From a virus (lineage: Duplodnaviria; Caudoviricetes): a stretch of 64,000 bases of DNA. The translations under genes and the position numbers were made by a program. The stretch lies in IMG/VR virus record IMGVR_UViG_3300009370_000001; one strand, given 5' to 3'. Each line of letters opens with the position of its first letter. Within the stretch, counting starts at the first letter, position 1. The notes under the pieces were generated by a model. It ran no database searches. It was not told the origin of the DNA and saw nothing but the letters and a program-made list of their open reading frames with translations. Below, one piece after another: positions 9,704-17,378 of this stretch.

Positions 9704-10675
9704 ATGTCTTTTGATAAGTGGCGTGAGTTTTTAGCGGAAGCTCCCCGGCGCGGTAGTCCTGCCGGGATACGGCGCTCTCTAAATACCCTGTTAAACACAG
9801 GACCACATAGCGATGGAAGTCCGTATAAAGATGAAGATGAGCATCTCAAAGGAAAAAAGAATCGCAATCAAATATCCGCGCCACCGGGTGCGCCGGGTGG
9901 GGGCAGCATTGGTGCATCGGGCCCTGCGTTAGAAGAAGAGGTGGAAGAAGAAACCTTTGAGATGCAGCCGGAACTTCAGCCGGAGATTTGGATAGATAAT
10001 CAGATATGGCCTGAAGTACGCAAACGCTTTTTAGAAATCGTGGAAGATTTTCTAGACGGCCTAGACCTTAATGTTCCAATTGAAGACGTGCGACTAACGG
10101 GATCGCTAGCGAACTATAACTGGTCTAAGTATTCGGATGCCGATCTGCATATCGTTGTAGACTTTAGCGAAATAGATGAAGATATTGAGCTAGTCAAAGC
10201 TTTTTTCGACGCAGCCCGGGCCCGATGGAACGACCACCATCAGATTAATGTTTATGGGTTTGAAGTGGAACTATACGTAGAAAACGTCGGGGATATTCAT
10301 CATTCATCTGGTGTGTATTCGGTCGACCAGAACAAATGGATTATTGAGCCTACTCCGCGAGATGTAGAAATTGATTTTATTACTGCTCGCAAGAAAAGCG
10401 ATGATATTGAAACGCAAGTGAACTTAGTAGAACGTATATTGCGTAATGGAAACACGCAAAGCGCCCTCAAGATTATAGAGCGCATTAAACACAAAATCCG
10501 TCGTATGCGACAAGCGGGACTGGATAGCCCCCAAAGAGAATTTTCACCAGAGAACATAGCTTTTAAAATATTGCGTCGTAACGGAACTTTAGAGCGGTTA
10601 AGCGGGCTGAAGCGCAATGCATACGACACCCAAATGTCACTCCCCGAGGAAGTCGATGAAGTTTCAAGCGATTAA
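9704..10675 (+). CDS. Pol-beta superfamily nucleotidyltransferase with N-terminal leader
   Basis: LTGSLANYNWSKYSDADLHIVVDF (GS...DxD) and VELYVE; N-terminus MSFDKWREFLAE. Confidence 0.85.
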   Translation: MSFDKWREFLAEAPRRGSPAGIRRSLNTLLNTGPHSDGSPYKDEDEHLKGKKNRNQISAPPGAPGGGSIGASGPALEEEVEEETFEMQPELQPEIWIDNQIWPEVRKRFLEIVEDFLDGLDLNVPIEDVRLTGSLANYNWSKYSDADLHIVVDFSEIDEDIELVKAFFDAARARWNDHHQINVYGFEVELYVENVGDIHHSSGVYSVDQNKWIIEPTPRDVEIDFITARKKSDDIETQVNLVERILRNGNTQSALKIIERIKHKIRRMRQAGLDSPQREFSPENIAFKILRRNGTLERLSGLKRNAYDTQMSLPEEVDEVSSD

Positions 10676-10898
10676 AAAAACTTCTCGTGTGTCACCTGGA
10701 GAGTATCTTTTGCATACTCCATCACAACAAATTGTATTATGTGGCGCGATAAAGCGCGATGAGGGAATGATTAGGGCTTTAGCCAGCGGGCGCCTGCTGG
10801 AAGACAAGATAGAAAATTTCCAGAAGATTTTTCTGCCTCGTGAAGAGTTGAGAAAAAGAAAAGTGAAACGACCCTGTTCGGGATGCAAAGGCTCATGA
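10656..10898 (+). CDS. Hypothetical protein
   Basis: ORF ending in CxxC (CSGC). Confidence 0.6.
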   Translation: MKFQAIKKTSRVSPGEYLLHTPSQQIVLCGAIKRDEGMIRALASGRLLEDKIENFQKIFLPREELRKRKVKRPCSGCKGS

Positions 10899-11104
10899 AA
10901 AACCCCATTGAATCAATGCGCCATTTTTGTGTGATTCAATTGGAATTGCTCAAGACGCGGGAACATAAACTAAGGAAAGAAATAGAAGATTGCGAGATCC
11001 AACGGGAGTTTTTATCGCAGGTATTAAAAGATATTGGAGACGTAAATCAATTCGAAGGAGATATAATCAGTAATCTCCTAGATACTATAAGGAGGAATAG
11101 ATAA
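10895..11104 (+). CDS. Hypothetical coiled-coil protein
   Basis: ATGA overlap with the previous gene. Confidence 0.6.
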   Translation: MKNPIESMRHFCVIQLELLKTREHKLRKEIEDCEIQREFLSQVLKDIGDVNQFEGDIISNLLDTIRRNR

Positions 11105-11379
11105 TGACAAGCAAATATATCCCTAATCCCCGGCGGGTAGAGGGCCCTCTCAACGAGGTAGAAAAGAGAATCGAAGATTTTGTTTATAACCTTTATTTTT
11201 CATATGTGTTTGATGAAACTGTTAAGTCCCATCAACAACTTCAAGATGATTACATTGAGGCATTCTTAGATCAAGACGACGAAAAGATGCGTGCCATTAA
11301 TAGAGAGTTAGTTGTTGTGGAGTCGGCATTTGAAGTTACAGCTAATATGATAGACGCTGTTGAGGAAGTGTATTCTTGA
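11104..11379 (+). CDS. Hypothetical protein
   Basis: Coupled ORF (TAATG overlap). Confidence 0.65.
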   Translation: MTSKYIPNPRRVEGPLNEVEKRIEDFVYNLYFSYVFDETVKSHQQLQDDYIEAFLDQDDEKMRAINRELVVVESAFEVTANMIDAVEEVYS

Positions 11380-11642
11380 CCAAGATTTATTGTTATTGTC
11401 TCTTTGATGGACGAGGCAATTTTCACGGGGTCTACTCTTCGGTAACTGCTGTCCATCGAGATGCGTTAAAGATCTGCAACAAAGGTTCTGGGCATGTCAC
11501 GATGGAGACTTCTACCGGACCCATTCCTCCTTCTGCCACTCTCCTCCGAAATGCTTTTAAGGGTGCGTTTGATGTGCAGGTGCATTATTCGGGCGGGCCC
11601 GGAAACCAAGCTAAGATTATAAAGACTAAACTAAAGGAGTAA
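11376..11642 (+). CDS. Hypothetical protein
   Basis: Coupled ORF. Confidence 0.6.
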   Translation: MTKIYCYCLFDGRGNFHGVYSSVTAVHRDALKICNKGSGHVTMETSTGPIPPSATLLRNAFKGAFDVQVHYSGGPGNQAKIIKTKLKE

Positions 11643-11643
11643 G

Positions 11644-11889
11644 ATGACCTATTTTGTATATGGGATTACGGACTGTCCGGCCTGTCTCCGAGCGTGTGCA
11701 GACTTGATGGAAGCAGATTTAGAATATGTTTTTATAGAAACTGATTTTGCACCCACTTATCGATCTCAACTCAAAAAGCAATATCGACGCTCCACATTTC
11801 CTATTATTATTAGAGAGAGTGGGCCCGAAACGTTAATAATTGGGGGCCATGACGATTTAACCATCCATTTAGCCAAGCGTTCTGGTTGA
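11644..11889 (+). CDS. Glutaredoxin-like protein
   Basis: YGITDCPAC (CxxC), TFPII (cis-Pro), IIGGHDDL. Confidence 0.85.
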   Translation: MTYFVYGITDCPACLRACADLMEADLEYVFIETDFAPTYRSQLKKQYRRSTFPIIIRESGPETLIIGGHDDLTIHLAKRSG

Positions 11890-11930
11890 CAAAAACTTTA
11901 CTTGCAACTGATCCTCACGCGTGCTATATT
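11886..11930 (+). promoter_or_regulatory. Partial (double-box) copy of the repeated early-promoter element
   Basis: TTGACA 11886, TTGCAA 11902, 17-nt spacer, TGC-TATATT 11925. Confidence 0.6.
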
Positions 11931-11953
11931 ATGATCAGACACATACTTACTAT

Positions 11954-12202
11954 GTGGAACTTAAACGAGGAGACTTAGTAAGATGGGTAACAGACTGGGG
12001 GATTTATGCAGCGAGCGCGGATGGGTACGTCCAACGAGAATACCCACAATATGCTTACGGCGTCATAATGGAAGTATCCCATCGAGACCCCGATGCTGTA
12101 GTGGTTTATTGCTACGATTCCAAACACGAATTCGCGGAACAAGACACGTGGGTTATCCTGCATCTGGTTCACGACGAATTCGAGTTAGTAAGCGAGGGTT
12201 AA
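11954..12202 (+). CDS. Small xGDLV-family protein
   Basis: GTG start, ELKRGDLVRW; the upstream track start lies inside the promoter. Confidence 0.6.
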   Translation: MELKRGDLVRWVTDWGIYAASADGYVQREYPQYAYGVIMEVSHRDPDAVVVYCYDSKHEFAEQDTWVILHLVHDEFELVSEG

Positions 12203-12205
12203 AAT

Positions 12206-12481
12206 GTGTCTAAGGCGACCGAAGAAGAGGCGCTGGAAGCGCTTAAAAAAGAAATCCGGGTATGGTGTCACACACCATTTTTGGTTAATACAGGAACAGA
12301 TGACGGGGGGCGTTATCTGCAAATCTGGATCGAACGCCAGGAACCATCAGCACGTTTGGACGCCTGGATGGTAGAAATGCTCCCCGGTAGTAAATATATG
12401 GGTTGGCGCTTAATTGTAAGCAAGTGCCCACCCGACTATATAAGATTATTTATTTTAAATAAAAAACAAAAGGATTGGTAA
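12206..12481 (+). CDS. Hypothetical protein
   Basis: ORF in operon. Confidence 0.6.
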   Translation: MSKATEEEALEALKKEIRVWCHTPFLVNTGTDDGGRYLQIWIERQEPSARLDAWMVEMLPGSKYMGWRLIVSKCPPDYIRLFILNKKQKDW

Positions 12482-12825
12482 TGGAGGTTGGGGAACTGGT
12501 TTGTTTATACCGACGAAAGCATAAAGGGATTGGAATCGTCTTAGAAAAAGAAACGATTAGCGATGAAAAAATAAGAATAATAGAGATTGCTCAAAAAGCC
12601 GACTGGAAACAAAAAGAAGAACTAAAACGCAAAGCTCTTAGTGGGGCGTCTCAAAAAGGATTAATCGAAGCGGCCTTTCTCTATAACTTGTGGCAAGCGA
12701 ACGCGAAGCTCAAAAAGGATTTTGTTTATATTAAATGGTTTCAGTGTCCCTCGGAGTATGAACAGACAAAAACTACCACGGATGCTGATTGGTTTCCGGT
12801 TGATTGGGTGGGAAGAATAAACTAA
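12481..12825 (+). CDS. xGDLV-family protein
   Basis: MEVGELVCL...GIGIVL. Confidence 0.65.
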   Translation: MEVGELVCLYRRKHKGIGIVLEKETISDEKIRIIEIAQKADWKQKEELKRKALSGASQKGLIEAAFLYNLWQANAKLKKDFVYIKWFQCPSEYEQTKTTTDADWFPVDWVGRIN

Positions 12826-12841
12826 CTCTATACTTAGTTAT

Positions 12842-13111
12842 GTGGCAACTACTCACATTCCAGTCTACAAAATCGGGGATCTTGTAAAGTGTATTTATGA
12901 TCTATTCGATCACTACCAGTATTTCTGGGATCAAGAGCCCGCAAGTGGCTATCCTTTCCACGGGATTATCATAGATATCCAAGACAATATGCTGATGGAC
13001 GAAGAGGTTCACGAATACGGTTATGAGAAACTTTATATTGTTCGCTGTTTCGATGGACACGTCAGATTTTTTGCTCACTGGGAAATGCGGCTCGTGTCAA
13101 CATCTTCTTGA
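12842..13111 (+). CDS. xGDLV-family protein
   Basis: YKIGDLVK...GIIIDI; stop TGA lies inside TTGACA. Confidence 0.65.
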   Translation: MATTHIPVYKIGDLVKCIYDLFDHYQYFWDQEPASGYPFHGIIIDIQDNMLMDEEVHEYGYEKLYIVRCFDGHVRFFAHWEMRLVSTSS

Positions 13112-13151
13112 CAACTTTGTGGTTGACACCGGTATTAGAAGATGCTATATT
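13108..13151 (+). promoter_or_regulatory. Double-TTGACA sigma70-type promoter driving tRNA-Leu
   Basis: TTGACA 13108, TTGACA 13123, 17-nt spacer, TGC-TATATT 13146. Confidence 0.8.
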
Positions 13152-13159
13152 AAGAACAT

Positions 13160-13247
13160 GGCCGAGTGGTGGAATAGGTAGACACACCGGACTTAAAATC
13201 CGTTGATCATTATGATCGTGAGGGTTCAAGTCCCTCCTCGGCTACCA
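13160..13247 (+). tRNA. tRNA-Leu(TAA)
   Basis: Acceptor GGCCGAG/CTCGGCT, anticodon loop CT-TAA-AA, long variable arm, T-loop TTCAAGT, encoded CCA. Confidence 0.95.
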
Positions 13248-13259
13248 CCTTACATCTTC

Positions 13260-13303
13260 TTGACAACTTTTGGCTTGACCACACAAACTGGGCATGCTAT
13301 ATT
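13260..13303 (+). promoter_or_regulatory. Double-box promoter element directly after tRNA-Leu
   Basis: TTGACA 13260, TTGACC 13275, 17-nt spacer, TGC-TATATT 13298. Confidence 0.75.
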
Positions 13304-13360
13304 ATGAACACTGACCACATTAACATCTTCACCGACGAAGAAATCAACAAGGAGCTACGG

Positions 13361-13744
13361 ATGGGCACCCGCTCACACATTTATATTGAAACCGAACCAG
13401 GAAGATTTCTGGGAACTTACTGTCAGTTTGACGGCTATCCTTCCCATATGTTTCCACAACTTGAAAAGCGCAGCCATGACGAAGTATATAGTATTATCGT
13501 CAGAGGACAAACACGCGGTGGCTTGGTAGGCATTGCTGCTACGCCGTCTTCTCCTATTGAATATCAAGATGGAATGGGGGAAGCATCTTTTCTTTTTAAT
13601 CCGACAGACTATCTCGAAAGCACCTGCGTTAACTACGTTTATGTAAAGCGACTGGATGGAACGGTACTATGGCGGGAAACCCGCAACGCTGAACCTGGAA
13701 TCCCGATGCCCTGGTATAACACAGCACCCGAGGAGGAAGAATAA
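13361..13744 (+). CDS. Conserved phage hypothetical protein (MGTRS...YCQFDGYP family)
   Basis: AAGGAG RBS before ATG 13361; YCxxDGYP motif. Confidence 0.7.
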   Translation: MGTRSHIYIETEPGRFLGTYCQFDGYPSHMFPQLEKRSHDEVYSIIVRGQTRGGLVGIAATPSSPIEYQDGMGEASFLFNPTDYLESTCVNYVYVKRLDGTVLWRETRNAEPGIPMPWYNTAPEEEE

Positions 13745-13745
13745 A

Positions 13746-13967
13746 ATGATGTTTGAAGCAGGCGAAAAAGTTATTGTAATGGCAGGCAGTGTTCATTCTC
13801 CGTCCTATCTACAGGGCGAGAGCGGAATGATCCTTGAAGTATCGGGATCATCTGATTATGTACCTGAACATTATACTATTAAGTTTGAGAAAGAGACTCA
13901 TATTCTTTATGGGTCCGAACTACGGAGAGAAGAAAGTGAACAAGACGTGACGTATGAACTAAAATAA
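13746..13967 (+). CDS. xGDLV-like small protein
   Basis: FEAGEKVIV...GMILEV. Confidence 0.6.
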   Translation: MMFEAGEKVIVMAGSVHSPSYLQGESGMILEVSGSSDYVPEHYTIKFEKETHILYGSELRREESEQDVTYELK

Positions 13968-13973
13968 GTGGTT

Positions 13974-14128
13974 GGCCCCTGGAGTAATACTTAAGGACAT
14001 TCGGGTTCAATGTCTACAATGAACCTTGTACCCATCTGGTGAGGTGAAACCTGCGAGGGTAATGCAGGAGTGGAAAGTAGGCTAACGAGTGGAAGACGCG
14101 GTGAAGACAGCGTTCCTCTCCAGGGGCC
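13974..14128 (+). ncRNA. Candidate structured non-coding RNA (family not recognised)
   Basis: Intergenic; perfect 11-bp closing stem GGCCCCTGGAG/CTCCAGGGGCC; internal hairpins with complementary loops. Confidence 0.6.
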
Positions 14129-14144
14129 TTTACATTGATTTGAC

Positions 14145-14173
14145 TTGACAAAGAGAAGAAAATGAGATATATT
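14145..14173 (+). promoter_or_regulatory. sigma70-type promoter
   Basis: TTGACA-17 nt-TATATT; ATG 14180 at the expected +1. Confidence 0.65.
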
Positions 14174-14179
14174 ATACAT

Positions 14180-14386
14180 ATGAAAAAGGGTGACGTAGTT
14201 AAGTTTGTTTCTCCCCCAGGACTTCACCACTTGGATTCGGTGATGAACTGGAAACAGCAGAGTCCTGGTTTGGTCGTGGGGAGCAAAGACACTTCTCTCA
14301 AGAAGCGGTCTTATGAAGTGCTGTGGAAGAACGGCGAAAGAACTTTTGAATGGGAATCATATTTGGAGATTATTAGTAAAGCATGA
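14180..14386 (+). CDS. xGDLV-family protein, probably leaderless
   Basis: MKKGDVVKF...GLVV...YEVLW...YLEIISKA. Confidence 0.65.
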   Translation: MKKGDVVKFVSPPGLHHLDSVMNWKQQSPGLVVGSKDTSLKKRSYEVLWKNGERTFEWESYLEIISKA

Positions 14387-14562
14387 TTTATACAGTTATT
14401 TATACAGATTACAAAAACGATTTGAAGTCCGAGGTAACGGATGGTCCGATGGACCGACCCGAAGCCTGGAAGGAAATGAAACGAGAATACGGCACAGTGC
14501 TGGCAATGGTGCCTGGGAGTCATCCCGTGTATACCAGCGGCTCAATGGAGCGAAAAGATTAG
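14383..14562 (+). CDS. Hypothetical 59-aa protein (below the ORF-track cutoff)
   Basis: ATGA overlap with the previous gene; MIYTVIYTDYKNDLKSEVTDGP... Confidence 0.55.
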   Translation: MIYTVIYTDYKNDLKSEVTDGPMDRPEAWKEMKREYGTVLAMVPGSHPVYTSGSMERKD

Positions 14563-14622
14563 GAGACTGCTTACAGAGCATAAACAGTAAAGCTGGACGC
14601 TCAAAACATTAACCCCTATCCT

Positions 14623-14698
14623 GCGCCGGTAGCTCAGGGGTTAGAGCGTTGTTCTTATAAAGCAAATGTCGGTGGTTCAAGTCCACCCCGGCGTACCA
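14623..14698 (+). tRNA. tRNA-Ile(TAT)
   Basis: Acceptor GCGCCGG/CCGGCGT, anticodon stem TTGTT/AGCAA, loop CT-TAT-AA, T-loop TTCAAGT, CCA; 76 nt. Confidence 0.92.
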
Positions 14699-14705
14699 TT
14701 TTTTT

Positions 14706-14915
14706 ATGACGAGGATATATACTAATATGAGCCATCACTATGGAGAATACTGGTCAAGCTGGAGCCACCAGCCTGCCACACCTAAAGAGCCTGAACTGCT
14801 TGAAGAGATTAAAACATTTCTTTTGACTCTCCATGAGAGTGATAAAGCTGCGGAGTTACTCCAAAAAATAGAGGCGGAAGCCGCCAAAGCGAATAAGCCT
14901 AAAACTGATTTTTAA
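14706..14915 (+). CDS. Hypothetical protein
   Basis: ORF between tRNAs. Confidence 0.55.
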   Translation: MTRIYTNMSHHYGEYWSSWSHQPATPKEPELLEEIKTFLLTLHESDKAAELLQKIEAEAAKANKPKTDF

Positions 14916-15139
14916 TGTTACCAGAGATTGACTGGCTTGAACACCAAATAGCGCAACTGCGAGAGCGGTGCGATCAGCTTGAGAAAGAAAACTTTGAGCT
15001 TAAGCGATGCATTGGCCGAGCTATCACAAACCTGGAACGAGATAATCAGCAGACCCGAGAATACATTGAGAAAGAAGAAACGAAAATCGTAGCGTTCGCC
15101 CCCAACTTCAAGAAGCCGAAGTGGGAAACGCAAGATTAA
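14915..15139 (+). CDS. Hypothetical coiled-coil protein
   Basis: TAATG-coupled ORF. Confidence 0.6.
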   Translation: MLPEIDWLEHQIAQLRERCDQLEKENFELKRCIGRAITNLERDNQQTREYIEKEETKIVAFAPNFKKPKWETQD

Positions 15140-15150
15140 CCTTTCAATTT

Positions 15151-15226
15151 GGGTCCATAGCTCAATAGGTAGAGCATCGGACTTTTAATCCGCAGGTCGT
15201 GGGTTCGATTCCCACTGGACCCACCA
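15151..15226 (+). tRNA. tRNA-Lys(TTT)
   Basis: Acceptor GGGTCCA/TGGACCC, loop CT-TTT-AA, T-loop TTCGATT, CCA; 76 nt. Confidence 0.95.
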
Positions 15227-15244
15227 TTTTTTTAAGAGAGAACA

Positions 15245-15421
15245 ATGAAACAAGAACACTATATTATTCAAGAATATAATCGCAAGACTCAAAAATATAC
15301 GACGATAGGTGAAGCTCAAGGGCTCACTGCCGACGCTGCCAAACTCAAGTTTATTGAGCAGACCAACTGGAAGCCGCGCCGCAACATTATCCTTTTCGTC
15401 CAGCACCCCCTCTGTCGTTGA
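15245..15421 (+). CDS. Hypothetical 58-aa protein
   Basis: MKQEHYIIQEYNRK...; stop TGA lies inside TTGACA. Confidence 0.55.
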   Translation: MKQEHYIIQEYNRKTQKYTTIGEAQGLTADAAKLKFIEQTNWKPRRNIILFVQHPLCR

Positions 15422-15472
15422 CATTTACTTGACAACTTTGGGGTGGACAAGTGGCTTGCCCTATGCTATATT
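15418..15472 (+). promoter_or_regulatory. Triple-box early-promoter element
   Basis: TTGACA 15418, TTGACA 15429, TGGACA 15444, 17 nt, TGC-TATATT 15467. Confidence 0.8.
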
Positions 15473-15478
15473 GTATGT

Positions 15479-15568
15479 ATGATCAGCAAATGGCTATGGA
15501 TTCCGATTCTTCTGGTATACGGTTTCATCTTTGGAGCCAGCTACCTTCTAACCTCGTGGATGGTCTAA
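15479..15568 (+). CDS. Leaderless 29-aa hydrophobic peptide
   Basis: MISKWLWIPILLVYGFIFGASYLLTSWMV; ATG at the predicted +1; TAATG coupling to the next gene. Confidence 0.5.
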   Translation: MISKWLWIPILLVYGFIFGASYLLTSWMV

Positions 15569-15765
15569 TGAGCCCAGGCAACCTTGTAATGATTAAGCGT
15601 GCTGCTATCGGCGTGCCTGCTGGCACCCTCGCACTATGCTTGAAGCGCGACGAGAAGCGCGGAGATTATGACGAAGGCCATGAGATTTGGACAGTCCAGC
15701 TTATGCATGGGCAGCTACGGGGCATTGAGCGCCGGTATCTTGATATTGATTTGGAGATATTGTGA
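15568..15765 (+). CDS. xGDLV-family protein
   Basis: MSPGNLVMI...IWTVQL...DLEIL. Confidence 0.6.
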   Translation: MSPGNLVMIKRAAIGVPAGTLALCLKRDEKRGDYDEGHEIWTVQLMHGQLRGIERRYLDIDLEIL

Positions 15766-15965
15766 AAGTCGGTGACTTGGTAAAGAGCGCAGATCGTTTA
15801 GTTGGCAATCGGAATCGCATGCGCCTGGGAGTGATCGTAGAGGTAGACCCCGATAAAGCCGATCAACCGGGTTGTTTCGGGAGTTGTTTTATCCAGTGGA
15901 TAGGCGATGCAGATTGGACATTCGTGTACGAAGAAGATATTGAGGTAATCAATGAAGGTCGGTGA
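15762..15965 (+). CDS. MKVGDLV-family small protein (SH3/KOW-like barrel inferred)
   Basis: MKVGDLVK...LGVIVEV...IQW...DIEVINEGR. Confidence 0.75.
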   Translation: MKVGDLVKSADRLVGNRNRMRLGVIVEVDPDKADQPGCFGSCFIQWIGDADWTFVYEEDIEVINEGR

Positions 15966-16140
15966 TTTAGTAAGAAACCTTAACTCGGAAAGCGGTCTGC
16001 TTGGCGTTATTGTTTACTGGACAGATACCAAATGGCCCGACAACAATCAATGTACGAACCATCCAGTCGTACACTGGAACGACGGGCGCACAAGTTGGAT
16101 TATGGCGCATCGTGTGGAGATTATAAATGCAAATCGGTGA
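15952..16140 (+). CDS. MKVGDLV-family small protein
   Basis: MKVGDLVR...LGVIV...VHW...VEIINANR. Confidence 0.75.
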   Translation: MKVGDLVRNLNSESGLLGVIVYWTDTKWPDNNQCTNHPVVHWNDGRTSWIMAHRVEIINANR

Positions 16141-16351
16141 CATTGTAAGGGTACATTGGGGCGCATGCGACTGGTCCGGCACGGAAGGTGTTGACTGGGG
16201 ATATGGCGTTGGCGTTGTGACGGGCGATATTGTGTGGTGGGAGAACACACGGCGTCTTGTGTCTCCGTGCGGCGACGTAGAGATTCTATTTCGCGGCGAG
16301 CGCGTAAACTATAACCTTGGTCGGCTGGAGATTGTAAATGAAAGTCGGTGA
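16127..16351 (+). CDS. MKVGDLV-family small protein
   Basis: MQIGDIVR...VGVV...LEIVNESR. Confidence 0.75.
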   Translation: MQIGDIVRVHWGACDWSGTEGVDWGYGVGVVTGDIVWWENTRRLVSPCGDVEILFRGERVNYNLGRLEIVNESR

Positions 16352-16520
16352 CTTGGTGAGATATAAAGATTCACTCCGCGATGACGTGGGAGTTGTAATG
16401 AAAATACAAACCGAGGGATCGTGTTCAATCTTTGGTCACACAGTGATCGTACAGACAACCGATGGGATTTGCCGTCAATATACCGAAAAGAATCTGGAGA
16501 TTTTAAATGCAAGTCGGTGA
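16338..16520 (+). CDS. MKVGDLV-family small protein
   Basis: MKVGDLVR...VGVVMKI...LEILNASR. Confidence 0.75.
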   Translation: MKVGDLVRYKDSLRDDVGVVMKIQTEGSCSIFGHTVIVQTTDGICRQYTEKNLEILNASR

Positions 16521-16695
16521 CTTGGTAAAGATTGTGCAGTCAGCAATAGATCCGCTCAAGACTCCATTTTTGGAACAGGTCGGTGTGATTGTTAGAAAGA
16601 CTACACTTGAATCAGAACAAAACGATTGGTATGATGTATTAACGCGGGATAGGATTCACTCATTCCGCGCAGACTATTTGGAGAAGATAAAATGA
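16507..16695 (+). CDS. MKVGDLV-family small protein
   Basis: MQVGDLVK...VGVIV...YDVL...YLEKIK. Confidence 0.75.
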   Translation: MQVGDLVKIVQSAIDPLKTPFLEQVGVIVRKTTLESEQNDWYDVLTRDRIHSFRADYLEKIK

Positions 16696-16955
16696 AAGCA
16701 GGAGATTTAGTAACACTTTCGGCGTATGCGAATGGGCTTCAAGCCCTCCAGCGGTGGTCAGACCGCTTCCGCCAATACCATAAAAAGCAGCCCCTGGTGG
16801 GATTGGTGATTAAAATCTCCCCGTCTCGGTGGGCGTGGGAAGGGATGCAGTATGAAGTACGATGGATGGAGCCGCATGGGCCGAAAGGTCGGGAGGGTAA
16901 CTACGGCGTACACACATTCAACCGCAAAGATTTGAAGTTTGTGAGTCGAGGATAG
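16692..16955 (+). CDS. MKVGDLV-family small protein
   Basis: MKAGDLVT...VGLVIKI...YEVRW...DLKFVSRG. Confidence 0.75.
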   Translation: MKAGDLVTLSAYANGLQALQRWSDRFRQYHKKQPLVGLVIKISPSRWAWEGMQYEVRWMEPHGPKGREGNYGVHTFNRKDLKFVSRG

Positions 16956-17332
16956 TGGAAAATCTCACTCCAGAAAATTTTTTCCTGGTATTCCAGGTAT
17001 TTATCAAAGTTTTAGTTATATGGAGTCCCGTATTGTTTGGGACGTGGCTTTATATGTATTACACGCGCCCTAAAAAGCGCACAACCCAACGCAACAAAGG
17101 AAAGAAGATAATGAGAGCAGGCGAAGTATTTGAATGGCTGGATCAGGGACCAGCGGTATTGTTGGCACCATGTAAGATTGCCGATCCTATTCCCGTAGAA
17201 AAGAAGACCGAGTTTCTAAAAGATCCCGAAGGATTCTTGAAGGCATGGCCCAGCGAACAAGGCTGGACTATTAAACTTCTGGAAAGCGGCGACATCATCG
17301 ACGTGCATGAAGACACGTTGACATACTCTTGA
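16955..17332 (+). CDS. Hypothetical protein with N-terminal TM helix
   Basis: Hydrophobic N-terminus; stop lies in the second TTGACA box. Confidence 0.6.
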   Translation: MENLTPENFFLVFQVFIKVLVIWSPVLFGTWLYMYYTRPKKRTTQRNKGKKIMRAGEVFEWLDQGPAVLLAPCKIADPIPVEKKTEFLKDPEGFLKAWPSEQGWTIKLLESGDIIDVHEDTLTYS

Positions 17333-17372
17333 CAAGATTAACCTTGACTTACCGTCGCTGGCATGGTATATT
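17318..17372 (+). promoter_or_regulatory. Triple-box early-promoter element
   Basis: TTGACA 17318, TTGACA 17329, TTGACT 17344, 17 nt, TGG-TATATT 17367. Confidence 0.85.
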
Positions 17373-17378
17373 ATTAGC

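Larger units (their letters stand above)
15751..16715 (+). repeat. Conserved gene-junction repeat (consensus ...AAATG(A/C)AAGTCGGTGA(C/T)TTGGT) linking tandem MKVGDLV genes
   Basis: Near-identical junctions at 15762, 15952, 16127, 16338, 16507, 16692. Confidence 0.85.

Noticed and set aside
13974-14128. RNase P, SRP or hammerhead identity for the candidate ncRNA
   Set aside because: It lacks GAGGAAAGUCC, the SRP helix-8 GGAAGG/CAGG motif and an exact CUGANGA core.
14313-14612. Track ORF of 99 aa
   Set aside because: It overlaps gene 14180-14386; the coupled 59-aa ORF 14383-14562 in another frame fits better.
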